Positions 35,629-45,159 of a stretch of 49,285 bases of DNA are shown here, piece by piece (position 1 is the first letter of the stretch; each line of letters opens with the position of its first letter). A model generated the notes under the pieces. It had not been told where the DNA came from. It searched no databases and saw nothing but the letters and a program-made list of their open reading frames with translations. The stretch is from a virus (taxonomy: Duplodnaviria > Heunggongvirae > Uroviricota > Caudoviricetes): IMG/VR virus record IMGVR_UViG_3300022562_000659, one strand, 5' to 3'. The position numbers were made by a program, and so were the translations under genes.

Positions 35629-36837
35629 ATGGCTAGACGTACAAGAGTACATTCAAGGGACTTGCAGCCCCTATTGGCTACACCGAAGGGACTCCTAGCT
35701 GTTGCGCGTGTACAGAGATTTGATTGGCCCGCTACATTTCCAACTACAGATGTAGACGAGTTGGCACGTAAGTTGCACGTAGGACAGACACAGGAAACTC
35801 CACAGGTTACCGTTACAGTCGAGGCATTCGACGTAACACACACAACATTCGCGCACTTGACAGGTTATTCGGGTGGAACATTCCCGGTATCTGGTGCCTC
35901 AATCACCGAGTTCAAGGGTATCGATGTTCTTGGACATATCCGTGATGCAGACACACAGAAGATTGTTAACGCTCTTTACGTGAAGCGTGGTATTGTTACT
36001 GGAATGGATCTTACATTCGGTGTACGAGCCAATTCAACTGCTTCATACACAATTAGCGCTAACTCAAAGAAGGAACTAAAGCAGCCTGTATTCTACGAGG
36101 CAAGCACAACAATTTCCGGTGGTGCCAAGATGGTACTTGCGAATACTCCTACGTATTTGACTCGTACATCAGGATACATCATTGACGCTTACCGTACATC
36201 GGCTGCTGGCAATACCAACTTCTTGAATGAAGGTACAGACTTCTCAGTGGCAGGTACAACAATTACCTTCATTGATGCTGGTGGAGTTTCTACTGGTAGT
36301 ACAAATATTCTGGATACTGTATGGGTAACATATTGTTCTCCGGTTACTACAAGCGTATTTGAATCTCTAGATGACGCTTCTCCTGCTGCTATTCAGGGCA
36401 AGTATGTTCCTGTTACAATCAGCGTTGACAGCATTCCGAGAGTACAGAGCGCTTCAATCCGTGTTGCATTCCAGACTGAAGAAATTCTTGAGATGGGTGG
36501 ACTAGGAAAGCCGGTTGGTTATGAGATTGGTATTCCACAGGTTACAGGAGATATCTCTGTTCTAAAGACAGATAACGATCTTCTTGCTATCCTTGAAGGT
36601 GTTTCAAACAGCACCGTAGAGAATGATATGGAATATGCCAAGACAACTCTTCCGTTGAAGATTCAGTTGAAGGACCCACGCGACGTAGGAAAGACTGTTC
36701 TTACCTATTATGTGCCTTCGATCACAATTACAGCAGAGGGCGACGATAACTCTGTCAACCAGTCAATGAACGAGACATTCTCTTGGTCATCTACAACTGG
36801 TGAGTTGTATGTAATGTCCGGTGTTGGAGTGTACTAA
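35629..36837 (+). CDS. major tail (tube) protein
   Basis: Thr/Ser-rich beta protein upstream of the chaperones and tape measure. Confidence 0.75.
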   Translation: MARRTRVHSRDLQPLLATPKGLLAVARVQRFDWPATFPTTDVDELARKLHVGQTQETPQVTVTVEAFDVTHTTFAHLTGYSGGTFPVSGASITEFKGIDVLGHIRDADTQKIVNALYVKRGIVTGMDLTFGVRANSTASYTISANSKKELKQPVFYEASTTISGGAKMVLANTPTYLTRTSGYIIDAYRTSAAGNTNFLNEGTDFSVAGTTITFIDAGGVSTGSTNILDTVWVTYCSPVTTSVFESLDDASPAAIQGKYVPVTISVDSIPRVQSASIRVAFQTEEILEMGGLGKPVGYEIGIPQVTGDISVLKTDNDLLAILEGVSNSTVENDMEYAKTTLPLKIQLKDPRDVGKTVLTYYVPSITITAEGDDNSVNQSMNETFSWSSTTGELYVMSGVGVY

Positions 36838-36894
36838 TATTTACACTTAGGGGCATATTCACACTGAGTGTAAATATGGCAAATTAGTGAATAT
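36837..36894. repeat. nested direct/inverted ATATT(T/C)ACACT repeats, possible pseudoknot
   Basis: ATATTTACACT and ATATTCACACT, then inverted AGTGTAAATAT and AGTGAATAT (coordinates within about 1 nt). Confidence 0.6.
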
Positions 36895-36923
36895 TGGGTA
36901 TGTAGACAAATGTTTACAACAAT

Positions 36924-36954
36924 GGGGAGCAGTCAAACGGCTGCTCCCCTTTTT
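36924..36954 (+). terminator. rho-independent terminator after the major tail gene
   Basis: GGGGAGCAGTC-AAAC-GGCTGCTCCCC followed by TTTTT. Confidence 0.88.
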
Positions 36955-36978
36955 AATTTTTTGTTGGAGGAAACGGTA

Positions 36979-37689
36979 ATGGGAAAGATAAGTAAACTGT
37001 TGAAGTGGGGACACAAGGTAACATTGCGTGATGCAAACAGCAAGGTTCTTATGGACGTATGGATTAGAATTCTGGATGATGATAATCTGGAAGAAGCCTA
37101 CCTTGATGCTCGACTAGCATCCGCAGAATATAGAGCGGAGTTGCGCGATCCTAAATCAAAGAAGCACCAGGATGATATCGCCAAAATAGAAAAGGCTTCA
37201 AGAGAAGAGTGTATGAGCCTTATCAAAGCAGCTAAGGGTGGAAACCTAACAGCTGAAGCCTTTTCCAATGTAGTTCGTCCTGATCTGCCAACAATAGCAG
37301 AGATTGCTATTGATCCTGACGCTCCAACGCTGGAGGAACAGGAGAAACTGGACACTGCAATTAGTAAGATCAATGATGAATATGCCAAGGCAATTGATGA
37401 ATATGTTGATACAAAATCAGCAGAGATTGATGAGGCCATGGCACATATGACAGATGAGGAATTAAGAGAGGCCGCGAAGTCTTCCACGATTGATCTTCTT
37501 GTTCTCACATTATTCATCAAGCGTGTGCTGGATGAAAAGGTATGGAGAGGAACATTTGAAGATCAAAAATATAAAATTCCTGGATTTGAATCATATGAAG
37601 ATTTTCTATCAACTGATTCTGGCATCAAGGATCAATTGCGTGAGGCATATAATGACCTTGAGATGAGTCCGGAAGAGATAAAAAACTAG
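36979..37689 (+). CDS. tail assembly chaperone (G-like)
   Basis: ATG 36979 after GGAGG; acidic and helical; ends at a slippery site. Confidence 0.75.
   Translation: MGKISKLLKWGHKVTLRDANSKVLMDVWIRILDDDNLEEAYLDARLASAEYRAELRDPKSKKHQDDIAKIEKASREECMSLIKAAKGGNLTAEAFSNVVRPDLPTIAEIAIDPDAPTLEEQEKLDTAISKINDEYAKAIDEYVDTKSAEIDEAMAHMTDEELREAAKSSTIDLLVLTLFIKRVLDEKVWRGTFEDQKYKIPGFESYEDFLSTDSGIKDQLREAYNDLEMSPEEIKN
37680..37686 (+). other. programmed -1 frameshift heptamer A-AAA-AAC
   Basis: Immediately before TAG; the -1 frame (CTA GCA GAG...) is open into the 37710 ORF. Confidence 0.85.
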
Positions 37690-37979
37690 CAGAGGGTAGC
37701 CCATGGGGAGTGATATTGGAATTGTCCAAAATCATGGGGCTGCCCTTGATGCCATCGCTGGATATGACAGCAATGGAAATACCCCACACAATTTCCTACG
37801 CGATCTTGTATCGTGAGAAGATTAATAGTTTCAATGAGTTGCCGAAGGACAAGCGCCCACCGAGAAATCTATGGGACAAGCCGTACAAATTGCAGTTGTT
37901 CTTTGACGAGGTATTTGATTATGGCAAAGATAAATCTAGTACGGAGTTTATAGAGTTTGACTTAGACGAGGTGGAGTAA
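37686..37979 (+). CDS. tail assembly chaperone (T-like part of the GT fusion)
   Basis: Reached by -1 frameshift; lies directly before the tape measure gene. Confidence 0.75.
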   Translation, partial: LAEGSPWGVILELSKIMGLPLMPSLDMTAMEIPHTISYAILYREKINSFNELPKDKRPPRNLWDKPYKLQLFFDEVFDYGKDKSSTEFIEFDLDEVE

Positions 37980-37981
37980 GC

Positions 37982-40900
37982 ATGGCTAGACGATTAGCAG
38001 CCGATCTTGTTATTAATACGGGCCAAGCCAGTCAAGCCTTAGCTGCATTTGGCAATAATCTAGATGGAGTTAAGAGACAAGCACAAGTGCTTGGGGCTGC
38101 TAGCAACGCTATTGCTGGAAAGAATTTTGGACTCGCCGGTTCTGGTATTATTGATCTTAAGGGTGGGGGACAATTAGAAGCCAGAGTAGAGGCCATCAAT
38201 AGATCCTTTGTAAAAACAGGTAATACAATTAAAACTGTTTCACAACTTATGGGGCAGTTTATCGATGAGAATGGAAATGCGCAGCGACTTGTTACTGGAA
38301 CCGTAACATCATATGAAGGTAACGTAAGTCGTATTATCGAGGCACAAGGAAAAATTGCTGCATCTGCTGATAAAGTATCCAGAATTGAAGATCAGCGTTT
38401 AGCAACTGTAGAAGCAATTACGCAAAACTATGAGCAGCAGAAGAGGATTTTCAATCTTCAAGGTGCAAATGCTCAATCACGTCAAACAAGAGCGCAAGCA
38501 GATATCAATAATATTGCAACCGCACGACAGCCATTTGATGCGGCTGTGGTCGGTGCGCGAGGCGCATACGATAAAGCCGTTCTACTTGAAGCCTCACTTA
38601 GAGCAAAAGGATCTCCGGAATTAGCACGCGCAACTGCTGCTAGAGCATCTGCTGAAGCACGTTTGGATGCTGCAATTCTTGCGCAGACTGCAATCTATAC
38701 AAGCACGCAGGGTCCTCTTGATAATGCTAAGAAGAAGTTGTTAAAAGCAATTGGCGATGAGGCAAGAGCAGCTGCCGATTCCGCAGTAGCGGAACAAGAA
38801 GCCAAGCGTCAAATAAAGGCTGCAAGATTGACTGCCAACCTTGAAAGAAAAGCACAGGGTGTCACAACTCCAGAATTGAATGCACTTGATCAGCAATTGT
38901 ATGCTGCACGTACTTCAGTACCTGAATTGCCAAGACAGATTCAATATTTGCAGGGGGCAGCTCCTAATCTTTTGAGAAGATTGGAACAGGCAGGATTAGG
39001 ACAACCGGGCGGTGCAGCAGTAGGCCCATTTGGTCGTACTATTGATAGAAACTCAGCCGACTATGTTAAAAATCTCATTAGTCAGGAAGCCTATGAGGGA
39101 ATCAATATTCAGCGTGATCTTGTACGTCAGGTTACAAGAGTATCGGGATCATTCAAAGATGCTACGGGACTAGTACAGACATTCAATGCTGAATTTGATG
39201 CTGCTGGACGCACAATTACCCGATTCGGATCGCAGATGAGTGGGCTTGGAACGATTTTCAGTTCTTTGAAGAGAGACTTCCAGAAGGTTCTTGAATTCGC
39301 TATCGCTACAACCGTGGTATTTGGTGCATTCCGTGCTATTTCAGGACAGTTGAACACAGTCATTGAATTGGATAAGAGTATCCGTCAATTGTCTGTTACT
39401 GCTAACCAGACCCGTGGAGAGGCAACCAAATTGTTTGCTAGCATTGCAGATGCGGCTATCGCTACTGCTACCCCCCTAGAGGAAATGGTAAAAGCAGCAG
39501 ACGATATCGCTCTTGCAACACGTAAAGCAGGACAATCAGCCGATGAATGGAATGCTTCCATTCTATCCCTCTCAACATCTGTAGGAATTCTCACAAACTT
39601 GGCAGGAATTGATACAGTACGAGCAACTGATTTACTTGTATCTACAATGAAGCAGTTGAATCTTGAGGCTGCTGATCTTCCCGGCGTTTTGAATAAAGTA
39701 ACCGCAGTAGCAGGCGGGCAATCTGCTGCTATTGCTGATGTTATTACTGGCCTTGGAAATATGGCAGAAGCCAGCCGTCAGGCCGGATTGAGTCTAGATG
39801 AGACTATTGGTGCAGTACAGGCACTATCTCAGGCTACAAGCAAATCCCCAGCAGAAGTTGCTACTTCGTTCAAGAATCTTGTTGGTGCCCTTGGAGGACC
39901 ATCGGGTGTTAAAGCCTTAGATAAATTTGATATTGCGCTTCGTAATACTGATGGCTCATTAAGAAATATTCTTGAAGTTTATGGAGAAATCCAAGATAAA
40001 ATACAGAAGGGCATAATACCTCAAAGTGAGGTCCAAGGGCTGATACGGGGCATTGCTGGCGGTCCTAGACGTGCCCCTGACGCTGCTGCGCTACTCTCTG
40101 TTATTAAGGACATTGGGGAAGCTGCGAGAAGAAGTGCTGGTGCTACAAATGATGCATTCCTAGCAAATGCAAAGGTACTTGATACCGTCCAAGCAAAACT
40201 TATACAAATTCAAGCACGTATGGACAAGTTTGCAGTCGGAAAATTCGGAACAGTTATTCGTGAAGTCAGTGAGAGTTTCCTAGATGCCTTCCAAAAAGTG
40301 CTTGATCTTGTAGAGGTCATTCCTTCAGGACTCATCACATTCGTTGCACAAATAGGCGCATTGGCAGTTGCGGTCAAACTAGCAGCCAGCGTGGGCAAGA
40401 TATTCCTTGGCACCCTACTTGAAATGGGTGGAGCATTTAGAAAACTTAAATTAGATATTGATTCTGCTAGGGGCGCACTAGCCGGTTACAGTGGAGCAAC
40501 TGCTAGAGCAAATGCTAAGAGTGCAATTACAAAAGGATTAATAAAATCTGGAGGCGCTGCTGCTATTGGAGGCGCTATTGGTGCAGCCGCTGCGGCTAGT
40601 GGTGGGGCAAGCCCATTACAGATTGCAAGTTCTGGATTGGAAACAGCAGGATTAACTTTGTTGTTTGCCGCACCTATTCCGCACGCCAAACTATTAGGTG
40701 GTGCGTTACTTGCAGTTGGTACAGGTCTTAGCCTTGTCACTGAGGAAACAAAGAAAAGTACTACTGCTATTAATGAGAATAGTGAGGCTGTTCTTAATAA
40801 TTATGGTGCATTCCATGAAGCATCAATTGTACTTCAGGGATTAGAACAAGAACGTAGTAATCTAAACAAAACTATACAAGAGATAGAATTAATCCCCGAA

Positions 40901-43237
40901 GCAAAAAGAACAACAGATCAGATAGCATTGCTTACCAGTGCTGAAACAGATTACGCTAATGCAACTCGTAATGTAATCGAGGCAAATAATGCTCTCAATC
41001 AATCTTTTGAAGCATTAAGTGATGCGTTGTCAACACTTCCTGATTTTCCTGAATATGAAATTAATCTTGCTAAGGCAGGATTACTCAACCAATCGGGACT
41101 AGAAAATCTTATTAGGGACCTGTCTGTAAAGTTTATTCAACAAGCAAATCCTGATTTCCAGCCCGCAGGAACCTTTACTCTTAGTGGTGGAATCCGATCA
41201 ACACAAACAGGATTTGAGCAGATACCATCCATATTCCCTTCTGGACGTACACCAGATTTTGCCACAACTGGAGGCAATATCAGTAATCCAAACGGATTCA
41301 ATCTTAAAAGCCTAGCAACAGATGCTCAAAAGGTTAAGGAATTATTTTCTGAGATTGGAGAAATTAAAAAATATGTATTTTTTGGTGAGGGAGATAATCT
41401 ACAATCTGAATATAGTTTCCTACCAACACCTGAAAATCTGGATCGTGTACGTACTGCCCTTTACTCAATCAGGGAAGAAGTTGATCCTGAAAAATTCAGA
41501 ATCATGGCTACCTCATTGGATCAATGGGCAGCGTCAGTTGCACCAGCGCAACAACTAACGAATGTTATTGAAGAATATTCGGGGTACTTATCAGCATTAG
41601 AAGTTGCTGATCCATTTGTAAAACCTGAAGATATAAAAAGGGCTAGAGAAATTCTTCTCATTTATAGTGCTATAGCACAACTTGCTACAGGTGAAGATCC
41701 ACGCCCCTCTACATCAGGAGCTCCCGGTAGGGAAGGTGGATCAATTGGTAGAACTCAGGCGCAGCGAACAAGAGATAGGGAAGAAGCATTAAAAGTACTA
41801 AATGAATTTGCTTTTGATTCTGAAACAAATCAACCACGACTTGAGCCACGAGTAAAGGAAGAATGGCTTGAATTAGCTAAGGCCGTATTTATTCTTAATG
41901 GAGAATATGATAAAGCTAATGATAAAATATCCGTATTTGAATTAGCAAAAAGTTACGCGGATGCTGCTGGAGAATCTGTCGATGGATTGACCGAGGCTAT
42001 GAATGCATTTGGTTTATCAAGTGAAGAGGCTGCGCAGAAAATTGCTGATTTGCAAGAAGCAATGAATGAATTTGCTGATAAAGCACAGGCTGATCTTGCT
42101 AATCGTTCAGCCGAACTAGCTGCTTCATTCCAAGCTGGAGATATATCAGAAACAGACTACAACACACAAAACGAAGAGATAAAATCACAAGTTCGTTTAA
42201 TTAGGAATTTGAGGGATGCGTATAATGAACTTGCTGAGACTCAGCAGGATTTGGATACTTCTTCATTTGGTGATGTATTAGGCCAATTTGATAAAGAAGG
42301 ATCTAAACAATTTATTAAAGACCTTAGAAAAATTCCTGGATTAGAAGATGCAGCTTCCCTATCAACATTTGAATTAATCCAACGTATGTCTGCATTAGCT
42401 GAAACATATGGATTAACGGGAGATCAAACTGATGTTCTAGGTAAAAAACTGTCTAAACTATTTGGTGCCCTTCAAACTATTTCTAAATATAGAGCAAAGA
42501 TCGGTGTTGGAGTAGAGGTTGATGTAGGGGCACTTATTAAAATGTATAAGGCCCTTAATAAGCCTATGCCAATTATTAGTTCAGGATTAATTGTTGGTTA
42601 TACTGGTGGTGGAGCATATTCTGGCATAATCAAAGAACTGGAAGCGGCACAAACAGTTGTCAGTAAATCTGGTTCTTCAATTGGCAATATTTATCGTGCT
42701 GGTACAGGTGGAGGATCAAGAACCACTAGTGGTGGTGGCGGCAGCAGTAGAAGAAAGGGAAAGGACGTATCAACTGTTGATCTTCCCGATGAAATTGCTG
42801 ACGCATATAATCGAAGCTCACTTATTAGAGAAGCCATCAAGAGAGCTCGTGCATTGCAGCGCCAGATTCCAGGTGCAACAAAGGATGCAAAGAATGATAT
42901 TGTTGAATTGCTGAAAGGAACACAACGTATTCTAGAGGTACGTGGAGTAAAGGATGACTATCTACGTAAGGCACTTGAAGAATTGGCTGATATTGAGAAG
43001 AAAAGACTTGAGCAAGAAACAAAAGCAGATGTAATCAGACGAATTCGTGTCGGCGGGGGAGACTTCTCCGCTATTGCTAATGTTCCTGTCAATTCAAAGA
43101 CTGGTATCAGTCTTGGTGGTGCAGATGGACCGATCAACATTACATTGAATATGAATGGTACGGTATTAACACCTGCACAGTTTGATCAATTTGCAAACCA
43201 AATAGCAGCCGCACTAAAGCGACAATTAGCGAAATAA
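37982..43237 (+). CDS. tape measure protein
   Basis: 1751 aa, Ala-rich and helical, with a hydrophobic central segment; follows the G/GT pair. Confidence 0.9.
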   Translation: MARRLAADLVINTGQASQALAAFGNNLDGVKRQAQVLGAASNAIAGKNFGLAGSGIIDLKGGGQLEARVEAINRSFVKTGNTIKTVSQLMGQFIDENGNAQRLVTGTVTSYEGNVSRIIEAQGKIAASADKVSRIEDQRLATVEAITQNYEQQKRIFNLQGANAQSRQTRAQADINNIATARQPFDAAVVGARGAYDKAVLLEASLRAKGSPELARATAARASAEARLDAAILAQTAIYTSTQGPLDNAKKKLLKAIGDEARAAADSAVAEQEAKRQIKAARLTANLERKAQGVTTPELNALDQQLYAARTSVPELPRQIQYLQGAAPNLLRRLEQAGLGQPGGAAVGPFGRTIDRNSADYVKNLISQEAYEGINIQRDLVRQVTRVSGSFKDATGLVQTFNAEFDAAGRTITRFGSQMSGLGTIFSSLKRDFQKVLEFAIATTVVFGAFRAISGQLNTVIELDKSIRQLSVTANQTRGEATKLFASIADAAIATATPLEEMVKAADDIALATRKAGQSADEWNASILSLSTSVGILTNLAGIDTVRATDLLVSTMKQLNLEAADLPGVLNKVTAVAGGQSAAIADVITGLGNMAEASRQAGLSLDETIGAVQALSQATSKSPAEVATSFKNLVGALGGPSGVKALDKFDIALRNTDGSLRNILEVYGEIQDKIQKGIIPQSEVQGLIRGIAGGPRRAPDAAALLSVIKDIGEAARRSAGATNDAFLANAKVLDTVQAKLIQIQARMDKFAVGKFGTVIREVSESFLDAFQKVLDLVEVIPSGLITFVAQIGALAVAVKLAASVGKIFLGTLLEMGGAFRKLKLDIDSARGALAGYSGATARANAKSAITKGLIKSGGAAAIGGAIGAAAAASGGASPLQIASSGLETAGLTLLFAAPIPHAKLLGGALLAVGTGLSLVTEETKKSTTAINENSEAVLNNYGAFHEASIVLQGLEQERSNLNKTIQEIELIPEAKRTTDQIALLTSAETDYANATRNVIEANNALNQSFEALSDALSTLPDFPEYEINLAKAGLLNQSGLENLIRDLSVKFIQQANPDFQPAGTFTLSGGIRSTQTGFEQIPSIFPSGRTPDFATTGGNISNPNGFNLKSLATDAQKVKELFSEIGEIKKYVFFGEGDNLQSEYSFLPTPENLDRVRTALYSIREEVDPEKFRIMATSLDQWAASVAPAQQLTNVIEEYSGYLSALEVADPFVKPEDIKRAREILLIYSAIAQLATGEDPRPSTSGAPGREGGSIGRTQAQRTRDREEALKVLNEFAFDSETNQPRLEPRVKEEWLELAKAVFILNGEYDKANDKISVFELAKSYADAAGESVDGLTEAMNAFGLSSEEAAQKIADLQEAMNEFADKAQADLANRSAELAASFQAGDISETDYNTQNEEIKSQVRLIRNLRDAYNELAETQQDLDTSSFGDVLGQFDKEGSKQFIKDLRKIPGLEDAASLSTFELIQRMSALAETYGLTGDQTDVLGKKLSKLFGALQTISKYRAKIGVGVEVDVGALIKMYKALNKPMPIISSGLIVGYTGGGAYSGIIKELEAAQTVVSKSGSSIGNIYRAGTGGGSRTTSGGGGSSRRKGKDVSTVDLPDEIADAYNRSSLIREAIKRARALQRQIPGATKDAKNDIVELLKGTQRILEVRGVKDDYLRKALEELADIEKKRLEQETKADVIRRIRVGGGDFSAIANVPVNSKTGISLGGADGPINITLNMNGTVLTPAQFDQFANQIAAALKRQLAK

Positions 43238-43252
43238 AGGGGGTTCAGAATT

Positions 43253-44017
43253 ATGGGATTGGGTCCAAGCCCGTCTTATCTGGCTAAATACAACTCATAC
43301 ACATTACCCGGCTATGTGCAGGACGAGTCATTCGATTCAACCATGCGTGTTGCTGATCATTATGCTCCCTATGCAGATGGATCAAACTCAGAAATGACTG
43401 GACTTCAAAACAAAATGCTCTCACTTACACTCAAAGTATGGGAAGAGGATTACGCAACCTGCAAGCAACAAGTACAACAGGCTGCCACAATGCTGCGTAG
43501 TAAGCGACAGGGATTCGCTCCGCTCTATGTGCAATATAATACCAAACACTATGATGCGATGGTCAGTTCTCTTAAAGTGGATAAAACCGTAGGTGATAGT
43601 CCTAGAGTTTTAGAGTATCAAGTCAGTTTTCAATGTAAGCCTTGGTTAATTGATGATACAACACAAACACTTACTGGGTCAAGTCTTGCAAGAGTACGAA
43701 CATTTTTTGTCACAACCGGTCGAACGATTGATGACGGTGGCTGGACTCCAACTACTATCACTCTTACTGGAAATGATATCACTGTATCTGGCTATACGAT
43801 CAATGGAGATTTTGCAGGATTTATCAGTGTGTCTGGTATAGTTACAAATCTTGTTGTTGATGCTGAAGCATTCACCGCCCTAGAAGGTACAACAAATAAA
43901 AATAGTTACATGAGATATGCAGACTACCGTGTTTGGACTGGACCTGAAGAAACCACATTTGTAGTATCGGGCGCAACAAGTGTAACAATAGAATACAATA
44001 ACAGATGGTATATATAG
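43253..44017 (+). CDS. distal tail protein (Dit-like)
   Basis: Directly after the tape measure gene; 254 aa; FQCKPW motif and a C-terminal NRW. Confidence 0.65.
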   Translation: MGLGPSPSYLAKYNSYTLPGYVQDESFDSTMRVADHYAPYADGSNSEMTGLQNKMLSLTLKVWEEDYATCKQQVQQAATMLRSKRQGFAPLYVQYNTKHYDAMVSSLKVDKTVGDSPRVLEYQVSFQCKPWLIDDTTQTLTGSSLARVRTFFVTTGRTIDDGGWTPTTITLTGNDITVSGYTINGDFAGFISVSGIVTNLVVDAEAFTALEGTTNKNSYMRYADYRVWTGPEETTFVVSGATSVTIEYNNRWYI

Positions 44018-44030
44018 GAGGTGAGATATC

Positions 44031-45101
44031 ATGGCTGCTGGTGATATAATTTTGAGCGACGGGTTTGATTCTCTATCATTTATAGGTTGGAATTCTGAGT
44101 ACTCTTGCTCGATCAGTAGTTCTTATTCACGGGTAACTAATAGTGGAGCAGGGCTGCATTTTACAAGTACTAATAATGGATTCAACCCAAGCCCTGAATT
44201 GGAGTCTGACACGTTTGCACCAATAGAAGAATTCCTATTGAGTTTTGCATTCAAGATCGGTTTGGTTACTTCCAATCTATGGCTTGTGACTTTTAAGGAC
44301 GGTACAGAAACATCTAATCATCAATGTGCGCTCGTTGTAAACTCAAGTGCGCACATCGCATTTGTTCGACGTAATAGTGGAAACCCTACATATGGAATTG
44401 CTGCAACTTTGGCTGAGGGGTCCACAATTCTTCAGGCCAATAGATGGTATTGGGTTGAAGCAAAAATCAGAGTTAGCAGTACTAATGGGTATGTTGAATT
44501 GAAACTAGATGGAAACACTGAGATATCAATGACAACTTCTCTTGATAGTTCGAATACTGCTAATGATTACGCCACACGTATTAATCTGAATTCGTCTTTC
44601 TCATCTAGCAATACTACAATAGATTATGATGATGTAGTGTTATTTGATAATACTGGAAATACAATGAGTTTCCTAGGGGATGTTCGTATTCTTGATCTAG
44701 TACCTACCGCAGATGGAAACAGTTCTGATTGGACTCCTTCAACGGGAGTAGATAACTATGCAATGATTGATGAATTGCCCCCTGTGGATACTGATTATGT
44801 ATATACAAATACTGTAGGACATAAAGATACCTATGTATTTCAAGACCTTCCAGCAAGTGCAACAACAGTGTATGGTATCACATATGTCACAAGATCGTTC
44901 AAGACCGATGCCGGTACTCGTACACTTAGAAATGTGATGCGGCAGGCAAGTACAGATTATGAGCGCTCTGATAGTGATACATCAATTTCTCTGAGTCCAT
45001 CAACAGCGTTCTATTCGGAGACAGTCAATCCCGCTACAGCGGTGGCATATACTGTCAGCGATATCAATGGAAATGAATTTGGATTTAAACTACAAGCATA
45101 A
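44031..45101 (+). CDS. baseplate-associated lectin-like beta protein
   Basis: N-terminal ConA-like pattern (WYWVEAK...VELKLDG...IDYDDV); C-terminal PTADG...W...IDE...DTDYV domain. Confidence 0.5.
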   Translation: MAAGDIILSDGFDSLSFIGWNSEYSCSISSSYSRVTNSGAGLHFTSTNNGFNPSPELESDTFAPIEEFLLSFAFKIGLVTSNLWLVTFKDGTETSNHQCALVVNSSAHIAFVRRNSGNPTYGIAATLAEGSTILQANRWYWVEAKIRVSSTNGYVELKLDGNTEISMTTSLDSSNTANDYATRINLNSSFSSSNTTIDYDDVVLFDNTGNTMSFLGDVRILDLVPTADGNSSDWTPSTGVDNYAMIDELPPVDTDYVYTNTVGHKDTYVFQDLPASATTVYGITYVTRSFKTDAGTRTLRNVMRQASTDYERSDSDTSISLSPSTAFYSETVNPATAVAYTVSDINGNEFGFKLQA

Positions 45102-45112
45102 TTTAGAGTAAC

Positions 45113-45144
45113 CATTAATACAATAATGTGTTCAATACAATGAA
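45113..45144 (+). promoter_or_regulatory. tandem ATACAA-loop hairpins, copies 6 and 7
   Basis: CATTA-ATACAA-TAATG, then TTCA-ATACAA-TGAA directly before GGAGG. Confidence 0.7.
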
Positions 45145-45159
45145 GGAGGTCAGTAGCAT

